Source: Octopus vulgaris
Taxonomy: Eukaryota
Direction: 5' to 3'
NCBI GenBank assembly: GCA_951406725.2
Contig: OX597824.1
Coordinates: forward strand, 42,842,001 to 42,906,000
DNA: 64,000 nucleotides
Shown: piece after piece, positions 1-12,100 of the stretch
Layout: each line of letters opens with the position of its first letter
How positions within the stretch are numbered: the stretch's first letter is position 1
The notes under the pieces: model-generated
Databases searched by the model: none
What the model was told of the DNA's origin: nothing
What the model saw: the letters and a program-made list of their open reading frames with translations, nothing else
Made by a program: the position numbers and the translations under genes

Positions 1-666
1 GTCAGTCAAGTAATAAGCGTATATTTCAGCTAATGCAAATTGGTACTTTGCAATAGATTGAAAAGGCTTTTTACAAAGGAAATTACTCTCTAATTAACAC
101 ATATTTCATTAGCTTGCAACATTAAATTTAAATCTTCTTGTGGATCTACTTAGACCCACAGGCAACAAGAAATCAGTCTATAAGATTCTGAAATTGTTCA
201 GATTATCAGGAAATTCTACAAACTTAAGACATGTTCAATGCTTCAAATAAAACAAAAACAGTGCAAACTTCAAATATTTCTTGAAGCAATGACTAAATTA
301 GTAATAATATATTTAATGTAGATTGTAAATTAGTTCTGTTTAGTTTTCTACATTAAATAATATTATCAATAGTAACTTAACTATTGTTTATCATGCAGAT
401 GGTGCCTCTGAGTAATAATTTCACTCAGAGATATAAATACATATATTTTTTTTAAACACACCACAAATAAGTCACAAATAATTGCCTTTAGGCATTTTCT
501 TGCTTACTCCAAGACAGAAATTTCAATTGAGTGAAAATTATTTTTCAGTACATCATCATCTACCTGAAATTAAGACACTTGCTTTGTTGGACTGGCTGAT
601 TGGCTGAGCATAACAAGGTTATAAAATCAAATTGTACTAAATGACAGGTGAGACTGAGATTTAACA

Positions 667-895
667 AACTATTATTATTTCTTGTACCAACACTATACCG
701 AAAGAGTAAGCCATAATCAATGGCCAAAGGTCCACTGGATCATTACTACTACAATTTTCTAACACCCTCCTTAGTATCCTTGCTGTTCCTAACATGGCTG
801 TTTTCTTCCACAGTCCTATCATAGTGGTAATTCCTAGCTTCTCAAGCCATGCATCCAATCCTTTAGTAATTGCTCCCAGTGTACCAACCACAAAG
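667..895 (-). mobile_element. 3' fragment of a restriction-like-endonuclease non-LTR retrotransposon (R4/Dong-like)
   Basis: VVGTLGAITKGLDAWLEKLGI...KTAMLGTARILRRVLE resembles the R4/Dong ORF C-terminus; short (AAT)n tail follows. Confidence 0.7.
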
Positions 896-1112
896 TGAGC
901 TGGCAGAATCGCTACCATGCTGCGCAAAATGCTTCGCGGTCTTTCATCCATCTTTGTGTTGTAAGTTCAAATTCTGTCGAGGTCCAATTTACCTTTCATT
1001 CTTTCGAGGTCAATAAAATAAGTAGCAGTTGAGTACTGAGGTCGATGTAATTAACTTAACCCCTCCTCCAAAATTGTTCACCTTGTTCAAAAATTTAAAA
1101 CTAATTATTATT

Positions 1113-1448
1113 ATTACCTCTGCCTTAGTGAAGGCAGAGGTATTGTTAGCAGTCGTGTTTGTTTCTTGTCTGGGGACAAGATATCTCAAGAACTGCTGGG
1201 TGGATTTGAATGAAAATTTCAAGGATGTTTGGCCTCGTGAATGGCATGAACTACTTAGATTTTGGGACCGACCCAGTGCTGGACAAAGATTCTGGATTCT
1301 TTTTCCGTTTTTTTTACTTAATTTTTGAGAGTGGTCAGGTTCACTTTTAGTATTCTTGTTTGAGAGAGCAGTTGAGTTTATTTCAGATACTCTCATTTTA
1401 AAAATCATCTCTGGCTAGCCTTGGCAGAGGTTTGTACTCTCTGAGTTC
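1113..1448 (+). mobile_element. Non-autonomous Helentron-type (HINE/DINE-like) element
   Basis: 5' acctctgcc...ggcagaggt short inverted repeat, 3' subterminal ggcagaggt followed by a small actc-tct-gagt hairpin. Confidence 0.55.
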
Positions 1449-1732
1449 TCCTCCTCCTCCTCCTCGTCGTCATCATCATTATTATTATTGATATTGTTAT
1501 GGTGATGAGCTGACAGAATCATTAGCACGCTAGACAAAATGCTTAGTGGTATTTCACCCATTAGTATGTTCTGAGTTCAAATTCCACCAAGGTCAACTTT
1601 GCTTTTCATCCTTTCGAGGTCAAATTAAATATCAGTGAAACACTGGGGTTGATGAAATCAACTTATCCCCTTCCCCAAAATTGCTGCCCTTGTGCCTTTA
1701 GTAGAAAAGATTATTATTATTATTATTATTAC

Positions 1733-1796
1733 CTTTCTGTTTAACAAACACTTGACCGAATTTAAGAAATTGGGAATCTGTTTCAGTTTTTTCAGG
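1733..1796 (-). CDS. CLSPN: Claspin exon 25 ([21 protein letters not shown])
   Basis: tcttgcag / gtaata; DSQF motif; ends in phase 1, so at least one more exon follows. Confidence 0.82.
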
Positions 1797-4700
1797 CTGC
1801 AAGAATAAAACATTGATTGGTAAAGAGATTGATCAGATCATTTGCAAAATTTTGTCATAACACCAACAATCACCACAATAAAGTAACAAAGGAGGTTGTA
1901 CATGGTCACTCAACTTGCTAGAGGCAGCAGCCAAATCTAATCACATCCTGCCAACCTAAAGAAAAAAATTAAATAAAGGACACTTTGGATAGTGTAATCC
2001 AAGACATAAAGGTAAGGAGCCCTTTCGATCATGAATGATCATGAGATTGCAACTAGAAAGTTACCCTCTGAGGCACAAGTCTAGACAATCAGCAGTCGCC
2101 CATGCATACCAGCCGCCCTTCTCCATACCACTAATGTTATCCAATGATACATCTTAGCACTAGTAACTTTGCTACTCATTTCAACAGCTAGAGTAATGTG
2201 AAATAAAGTATCTTGCTCAAGAACACAACACAGAACCCAGCCTAGGAATCGAACTCATTACCACATGATTGTGAGCCCGACACTCTAACCACTGAGCCAT
2301 GTGCCTTCACAATCCAAGACATACAATGCCTGGAAAGAAACAAGATAACTACAGAATGGTCATAGCTTTGATCCATAGATCAGCTTCATCACAGCTGAGC
2401 TGGAGTTCAAAGAAAAACAATCATAAGTGCCACAACAACCAGTTCAAGTTTGGTAAATAGATCAGTAGGATCTTAGTGGCAGCAAGTGGAGACGTAAGAA
2501 AATAAGGTAGCAACCTGCATGGGATTTAAGATCCAGATCCCTGTTGTACTGACAGTGAACTTCTGTTGGAACACCTCTTCAGCTTGTATCCTCTACCAAA
2601 CTATGTAAAGTGCCACAAGAAGCAGAACATGTGCCACAAGAAGGAACTGAGCTGATCTCTTGATTGAAGGCCAAATCCAAACGTTTGCAACAGACTAGAT
2701 TTTGCTGATGGCACTTAAGGCCGTAGAATGCCTAGAATTTGAAGAGAATACAATGCCTTGGTAACCATGTTTAGCATCCAACACTCCAAAAGCCAATGAG
2801 AGAGCCTCTACATAGGTGCTCAGTCTGTTAGAAATAGCTACCAAATTTTCCTCAAATGTCTCCACTGTCTAAGAGAAAGATATATTGCATATGGTCTTGG
2901 GGTCCTTGCAAAAAAGACATGATGGTCATGGCTGGAACACCTTGGATCATACGGCTACTCAATTAGGATTGACCTGGAACTCTGCAGTAACACCAACTAC
3001 TTGACTTCAAGAGTATGTTTATCCCTTTCATATTCAGATTACCCAATCAAATGCAATGTTTGTTTATTCACACAGTTTTGAATTAATCAAACACTAATCT
3101 CATAGCTTCAAGATTTCGATGATATGACTGTTTATTTTTAGAATGACATTGTAGGGTTGATGAGAGAGGCTGGAGCTGGCCAGTTTACATATAAAATAGA
3201 TAGAATATTTGGGACAGATATTGTCGATTTAAACGTTTAAGGGTTAAAATGAGGATTCTTTAGTGTTGCAGGAGATAAGGTAGTCCATTAAATGCTGATC
3301 CCTTTACACTCTAAAAGGTGACAATGTAAGAGAGTGAGGACTCTTTAGATTGCTGAAGACATGACAACTACTCTAGTGCTGATGCCACAATAAAATGCAC
3401 TTAGTACACTACATGAAGTGATAGTGGTATTAGGAAAGATATTCTAACATAGAAACCAAGCCTAAAATAGAATATGCAAATGAAACAGTCCTCCAACTAT
3501 GAGGGAAATAGCTTCAAATAAGAACAGACTCAGACCATGACTTGTCCAACCCATGCTAGAATGAGAAATGAGCATAAAATGATGATAAAAGAAGCAGAAG
3601 ATAAACCCTTTTGATACCACTTTGCTTAAGACTGTCCATTTCTGACAGTCTTTCCTGTTTTAAAGTAACCTAAATTAAAATCTTTCATCATTAAGTCATG
3701 TTCCAAACACCAGCTTGATCAGGAGTTACAAATTATTTTACTCAATTCTTCATAATTTTCAAAATTAATTGAAATAAAGACAGGATATTTCAATGGGAAT
3801 AAGGCAACAAAATAAACTCACTGCATTTTCAGCCAACCATTTCTCACGGTTGTGTCTCTCAACTCTCCACTTCAGATCATCTCCTTCTTCTTCCTCATTT
3901 TCTTCCTTATCCGATTCATGATGGAACATATCTTGCTGTGAGTTTTCATCTGTCATCGAAGAAAAAAGGTATGGGTTAGACAAAAATATTATTGAGGTAC
4001 TGTTTTACGGCTTGATCCCTTTCCTGTTGCCAACTTCTTTACCTAGTTTTCAACTAAGGGATTTTTCACAAGCCTCCAAATGTGCAAAGCCTGTGGATGA
4101 TTTGTTGACGGGAAATGACAATAGAAAAACTAAAGAAAATAGAAGAACTGATAAAAAAAACATTTTAGAAGTAGGGAAAAAGATGGCAAAGAAAAGAGTA
4201 AATTAACAAAAGGGATAGAATTCTTACCAATGTATTTCCATCTGAACTGCCGTTTTCTGCCTGCCCCTTCAGAATAGAGGTCACCATCAGGAAGGTACAT
4301 CTCTTGCAATTTCATCACTTCCCGTTTATCATCATCAATCATGTTCTTACTACATGGTGTATAGGAAAGGTAAAAAAAAGAGTTAAGAAAGGGATGATGG
4401 ATCAGAGAACACAATTACAATTCTGACAGTACAGTAAGTACAACATAACCCAGGATGATAGAGAGGGGGAGGGGCAGAGAGAAACAAACATACAGCCTTT
4501 GGATTATATCAGGATCACAGCAGTGCTTGTTCTAGCTCCCAGCTTGATTTTATAAACAGAAATTTTTATTATTTCTAATTTCAAAATATTCTGTAAAATA
4601 TTACAAGCATGCATTCCAAGTTGTTACAATTTAAACTATTCCATTTATCCACTTAATTTGGCCTGCATTATGAATAGGGACTTCAGGAATAATTGTCCCC

Positions 4701-7700
4701 ATCCAGTCCATGAGATTTAGTTTATGATTCAACCTGGTCCACAAAGCCAAATGAATTTGACACTGCTGACCAAAACAATATCTTTGTCATCTGTGTTATT
4801 TGACAGATTTTCTATTATATTTTCCTTCATATATTTTTTAATATTCATTTTACCTGGTCATCATAGGTGGAATGATACACACTTAGCAGAATCCATTAAT
4901 ATTTCATGGAACTAATAGTAAACCTATTGGGTTATATCTAAAAACTTTATCTAAAAAAGCTGAAAGCGTAGCCTGTGTGTTTTGTCTGTATGAAAAGAGT
5001 TGTTCATCTGCTACTCATTGAAAATTGAAAGAAATTGGAATATGATTACTTAAAGCACTTTATATATTTTATGCACAATTTTATAGACTTAATACAAAGC
5101 ACTCATAAAATAAATATTCACTCTTACTTTTGCATTTTTCCCATAAACAAAAAAAAAATATCCCATATATGTGATATGAGTCTAGGACATTTACCTGGCA
5201 TGGACAATAACACCCAAAATAAATTACCTGAGAACAACAGATGATTTAAAACATCTCAGTATATTGGAGGTGGGGTAATTAACCAGGGGGGAATTGTCCA
5301 AGGTGGCTAATTGTCCTGATACAGATACATCCTATAGTGAAATATGAAATTGCACATATAGTAGAAGATACTTGCTCAAGGTGCCATGCAGTGGGATTGA
5401 ACCCAAGTACCAGATGATGGAGAAATATGCGTCCTACCACAGAGCCATGCTTGTGCCCAATAACACTTGCTCTTACATTTGAAGCAGAATGCATACGGAT
5501 TCCCTGATCTAGGAACTGATTTCATACCCACCAGGTAAAGTGACACCCTTAACCCTTTTGATACCAACCTGGCTGAAACTGCCTTTGGCTCTGTAGTACA
5601 AATGTCTTGTTTTCAAAAGTTCTGAATTAATATCCTCCACCAAACCTTTATTCACAATTTATGTTCCTAACACTAGCTTAATGATAACTAAATTATTATA
5701 CAAAATTCTTTGTTATATTTAAAATAAAGAAACACAGAGCATCTCAACAGAAATATGGTAACAAAAGGGTTAACAAATTTTCAGTTTCCACAGAGACATT
5801 TGTAAATCATTATTCATTTATGCAATAAAATAGTACCAACAGCATTCAAACAACAGAAACTATAGCAACAACAATAAGAGTCAGACTAACTTACAGATGC
5901 ACTCTGCCAACCTGGTTACGAAGCTCATCATTATCAAGTGTGACGTCTTTGTCACCCTCCTCCTCTTCCATCACGTCAAATTCATCATCCAGATTGTCAT
6001 TCTCATCACTGTCATATTCACTCCCTGAAAGATATTCAAATGTTAACATACGGTTGTGTCAGTGTTTTGAAGTGTGCGAATGTTTTGCAGTGACATTGGT
6101 GTGTGGGAACATGTGCATAAATGGTGTTGACATGTAGGAATGTGTACATAAGTGGTGCTGATATATGGGAATGTGTAAATATCTGATGCCAACACGTGAG
6201 AATGCACACACAAGTGGTGCTGACATATGAAAATGCATGCATAAGTTGTGCTAACATGTGACAATGCATGCGCAAGTGGTGTTGATAAGTGGAAAGGATG
6301 CACAAGTAGTGCTGAGATGTGGGAAGGGTGCACAAGTGGAGCTGGCATGAGAGAAAGTGTATGCAAGTAGAGCTGACATGCAGGAATGTGTGCAAGTGGT
6401 GCTAACATGGGTATGCATACACAAGTAGTGCTGATATGTGGGAATGTGTGTGCAAGTGGTGCTGTCATATACAAGTGGTGTCAATATGTGAGAATGCACA
6501 CACAAGTGGTGCTGTCATGTGGGAATGTGTGCACAAGTGGTGTTGGCATGTGAGAAGTGTGCATAAGTGGTGTTGACATGTGGGAATGTGCACACAAGTG
6601 GTTTTGACATGGGAATGTGTGTATAAGTGGTAGTGGAGTGTGGAAATGTGTTCATTAGTGGTACTGAGTTTTGAGTATATACTTGGTGGCGAAAGAAGAA
6701 AATCAGTCATTGCAGTTAATTGTAGATTATTTAGTAGGCAAAAGCCACAGCAAAATTGTTAAAATCTCTGACCCACTCATCCCTACCTCTCCCGACACTC
6801 TTACCTTACAGTATCTGATTTTGCAGCTCCCCCAGTAAACACTTCATGCCCAGATCAAAAACTGTTATTCTATAAAATTTCACATCTCTCTCTAGTGTTT
6901 TTTTGCAATCATTTAGCAATGGACTGATACCCAATCTGAACATGAAGAGGCTCAATTTCACCAACTTGGGTGTGAGCCTACAAAGATCATGCCCCTTCCC
7001 TTACATCTATTTCATCTGAAACTGCAAAGAAGTGTGAGTCACTCTTCTGAGCTCTGTAGATTTTTACTCCTGTTAGCAGAACCTCCAATCTCAATCCGAC
7101 ATCACCGATAATTTAAGGGGTCTCCTATAACCTTCTTTAAGGCAGAGCACAGCCAAATTCTGATAGAATGAGAAGAGGCAGAAACACCAAAAGAGATAAG
7201 AAAGAAAGTAGAAACAACCCCAATATTTCAGTGGCACTTAATTTCATTGACCCCCCAGAGAGATGAATGTCAAACTTGATCTCAGTGGGATTTGAACCAA
7301 AGACATAAAAAAGCCCGAAAGAAAAGTATTTTATCTAAAACTGTAACAACTCTGCTAATTCACCACCATAACCACATTATATGAAAAATGGTTTAAAATA
7401 ACTATATAGAAGCAAAGCATCATCACTCTACCCATGACGATGATGATGATTTTTTGATATGATGATAATAGGATAATTAAAACGATGATATAATTTTAGA
7501 TGTTGGTAAAATTTCAAAATTTACAAAATAAAGAAAGCCAATTTAAATAGTAAAATTTAAGATAAACTACGTGAAGGTCATGGGTGGAATTTATGATCTG
7601 ATGTATATAAGCCAAAGCACCTTGCTGACTGTGATAGTTACAGCCTGGTACCAAATGATTCGTGGCTGTAACTATCACAGTCAGCAAGGTGCTTTGCTTA

Positions 7701-9134
7701 TATATCTGACCATGAATTCCACCCATGACCATCACATAGTTTATCTCAAATTGCACCATTCATAATTGGCTTTCTTTATTTTTGTAAGATGACATTAAGC
7801 AATGCATCTTTTTGCTACTTAATAGGGTAAGGTGAAATTTCAGGGATTTCGTCTTCTCTATCAACCACGTACAGTCTATTGTCGGTCAGTTGACAAAAAT
7901 GGTGAAAAGCTAACGCCAACTGACATGACATCTACAAAAAGGAGGAACAACCAATTTAATGCAGTCACTTTAAACAGGTAAAAAAATAATTGTATTAAAT
8001 GTTTAAAATGGTTATTCACTACCAAGCCTAAGAACTGATACATATATATAAGCTAAGGGAGACAATCACTTGCAGAGTTGCCTCCCATACAATTTTCATT
8101 TTTCTATGGATGAGAAAAATTTTGTACTAATTTTAAAAATTTTTCGCATATACATAGTTTAAAGATACATCCTCTGGGCACTCTGGGATGCATCATCAAT
8201 GATGATTCAAGGGCCTCGACAGGTTTAACGTCTTTCAACATCAGAACCTCACCCAGTTGACACAGCCGGAGCTGATCAAGTCCCAGCTAGTAAACCCAGC
8301 AGCAACAGCAAACCAGTGGCATGCACTTCTTATCAAAAGCCACCTAGTGGTCTTCTTTGCAGCTTCAGTGATAGAATTTGCTGCAACGATAACTCCTAAC
8401 TTTGTCAGTCCACTTTTGGATATGTAATCTTTTGTCTTGAATGTGTTTAATATGGGGAAAAGGGAACTATTCTGTTACTGACTTCGGTTTTAATCTAAAG
8501 TGGTGCTCAGCAACCAGTAGGCAAGCCTTCATTTTGTGCTGCCAATATGAAACCTTCAGTCTTTGCTTTATCATTATTATTCTTCCATAAAATAAAATAT
8601 ATGAAGTAATCTCACCTGAGAGTTCAGCTTCATCTTCCAAAAATTCCCTTCTGATTTTCCTGTAATATAGATGAGAAAGAGAAGATATATTTTTTAAATA
8701 AATAATACAGTGACTCAATGACACACACATACGCATTTATGCATATAAACAAATTAGATATTAAATATAATAATTAGTGAATGAAATACAAAATATGTAA
8801 ACATGTTTGTACTCTGTGTAAGTTGAATCTATCAGTATAAACATCTGTATCTTTATACTTAAATATTCATCATCTGAAAGTCTCCACTTTTTGCCTTCTC
8901 TTGTTTGCATGTATACATACATACATAGTTTGTATTTCATACCCAAATTTATAATATTCAATATATCTAATCTGTTCATCTGCATAATTGCTTCTGTATT
9001 CGCCCAACTCAATCCCTTATAGCCATTCTTTACCCTGTGGAATTGATCCATTGTAAAGACATCAGACTCTAAGTTTGAATGTTTTGAGTGCTACTAAATG
9101 TCTTCTATACTGAGAATATATATATATGCATGTA

Positions 9135-9198
<64 letters not shown>

Positions 9199-12100
9199 TG
9201 ATACATACATACACATATATGAGGGGGTACCCAAAAGTAACCAGAATTTTGCAATATTATTTTATTCACTTAGTTTTACATGTTTACACTTTTATCGTCT
9301 TTGAAGTATTCTCCATTTGAAGCAATGCATCAGTCCAGGCACGTTTTCTACTATTCGAATTACTGGAATTCTTGTGAAGTGATGCCTTTTAACATATCCA
9401 TTGTTTTTTTCTTCACCTCTACAACACCTGCAATTTCCATAGCACCAGCTTTCATCACCAGAGATGACTTTTGTAAAAAGGTCCGGATCAACTTCACAAC
9501 ATGCATTCAGTCATGACTGCTTTTGATCTCCCATGAGCAAGCAAGGCACAAATTTCGCTGCAACTTTTTTCATTTGCAATTTCTCATTCAAAATCTGTTG
9601 GCAGGAGCTCCGTGACACACCAGTCATATCAATGAGTTCATCAAGAGAGAGAGTGGAAGACAACAAACCAGTTTTTAAAACAGATAGAAGCTAACAAATT
9701 TGTAAAAATGATTTTACATGCTATGCCATTTTTTCAAGTCAAGTCACATCTTGGAATCAATTACAGGCGTCAGATGAGGTATGCCTACATATTATACCAT
9801 ATTATATATATTATAAGATGTATATATATCATATCATATATATTGTATTATAAATTCTACCATATATATTATAAATCATATCATATTATATATCAAATCC
9901 TTATATTATCTATACTATATATTGTATATGTATCACATCATATTATATATCATATAATATATATCATATTGTATCCTATTATATAGTGTATCACATCCTG
10001 TTATACTGTTATATATCGTATCATATCTTATCCCATCATATATATATATATATCATGTTACACACATATGTACACACACAGAGAATGTTAGAATTCATAC
10101 CTAGATGTATTTCCATATGTGAATCCTGAGAATTTTTGTGTGCTGCCATTTTCATCCTCTTCCTTCTCAGAGTTTACATCATCAATACTAGCATCATCGT
10201 CACCCCCACCACCACCAACATTGAAACCATTGTCATCATCATCACTTTCATTAAGAACATCGGTGTCATTGTCATCTTCCTGTAAATACACAATATGAAT
10301 TTAGAAAAGCAAAGTTAAGAAGCTCTATCTAGGGGTAGTTAATCTCGGTTGGCCCAATACCATTGTAGAAGATATTTGCCTACAGTGATGTTCAGTGGAC
10401 AAGTATGCCAAAGACATTTAACATAACAATAACATTGAAATAGCATGACACACTGTATCAGAAAGCAGGCCATTTGAATTACATGTACAGTTTACCCAAC
10501 AGGTTTGCAAAGTATTTCCATCCAACCAGTTTTTAGGTGTCATGTCTGCAAAGTGAATTTGCTAACCATTCCACTAGGACTCCAACCCACCCAATATTTC
10601 TATATACAAATACTTGTACAGCTACAAATGAACTAGATTGTTAACTTTTAATATCCCATGCAACACAAATCTGCTCAAAAGGGAATATCTTTGGGTGCTG
10701 TTCCACCTGAAACTACCTGAATCAAAACACTATCTTTTATTCTTTTATTAGCTTCAGTCATTTGACTGTGGCTATCCTGGGGCACTGCCTTGAGTGTTTC
10801 AATCAAACAAGTCTCTTTTGCTGAACCACTAAGTTGTGGGGACATAAACATACCAACATTGGTTGCTGAATGGTGATGAGGGACAGGCACAAAGAGACAC
10901 ACATGTGTAAGTGTCTATATATTACACAATAGGCTTCTTTCAGTTTCCATCAGCCAAATCCACTCACAAGGTTTTGGTCAGTCCATAGCTGATGTAGAAG
11001 GCACTTGTCAAAGGTGACACGCAGAGGGATTGAACCCAGAACTATGTGGTCAGGAAGCAAGCTTCTTACCAGACAACCATGCCACTAGTTTCTATGGTAC
11101 CTCCAGAAATCCATTTTAAGATACCATAGCTTGCACTGAATTAACAGACTCTGTTTTTTGAAGTTGGCTAATTTGCATACAGTGTGTTAAAAATAGTTCT
11201 GTTCTTTATATCACGAGGTAGATTGATACAGATTAAATATACTCTTGTTTAACAAGTGTATTAATTTGTATTTGTATCTGTTAAATAAAATTGTTCTTTA
11301 CTTATAATGCTTATTTATAGAATGACATTGTAGGGAAGGTGTAAGAGGCTAGATCTAGCCAAACAGATTTGGGCTGGATATGACCAGCTTATATGCTCAT
11401 GTTAATTTGAATCTATTAAATACAATTTAACACTTTAATTTTGATACTTTATTTTATATCTTAAGCATATATTTAGACTGTCTCTAAGAAAAAAAAACAG
11501 AAAATTCAGGATACTTCTGGTCCCAACCCTGCTGGATAATTGGTCCAATATTGTTAGTTTTAAAGCAAGTTTTGAACTCTCCAAACTAAGGGAGAAAACT
11601 TTAATCCTTACCTTCAGCAGTTATTTACAGTTACATTCTGTAACATTTGCTATTAAAATTGATGCACATGTTGCTCAAGTTTTGTGATTTATTTTCAGAG
11701 GTTTTATTGAAACTTTCATGTACAACTTTCATGAATGTTAACTCTAAAAGGAACAAATTAGCTTACCTGTAAGTTTCAAAGCGAAAAAGGTTATGTTTAT
11801 ATGCCCATGTCTGTAACCAATTACATTTACTTTATTACCAACAATTCTTTGCACTGTCTTTTTGAGTGACTTTTTTTTTTCTCTAGTATATAATCCTTTC
11901 TACTAAAGGCACAAGCCTGAAATTTTGGGGAAGAGAATTAGTGAAATAATGGGGTTTAATATAATTGACTGATACTTAATTTATCAACTCTGAATGGATG
12001 AAAGGCAAAGTCGACCACAGCAGAATGTGAACTCAGACATAAAGGCAGGCGAAATGCTGCTAAGTGTTTTGCTTGACACGCTAACGATTCTGCCAGCTTG

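Noticed and set aside
6036-6710. His/Cys-rich ORFs suggesting a metal-binding or zinc-finger protein
   Set aside because: They are translations of the minisatellite, open in several frames, with no splice support.
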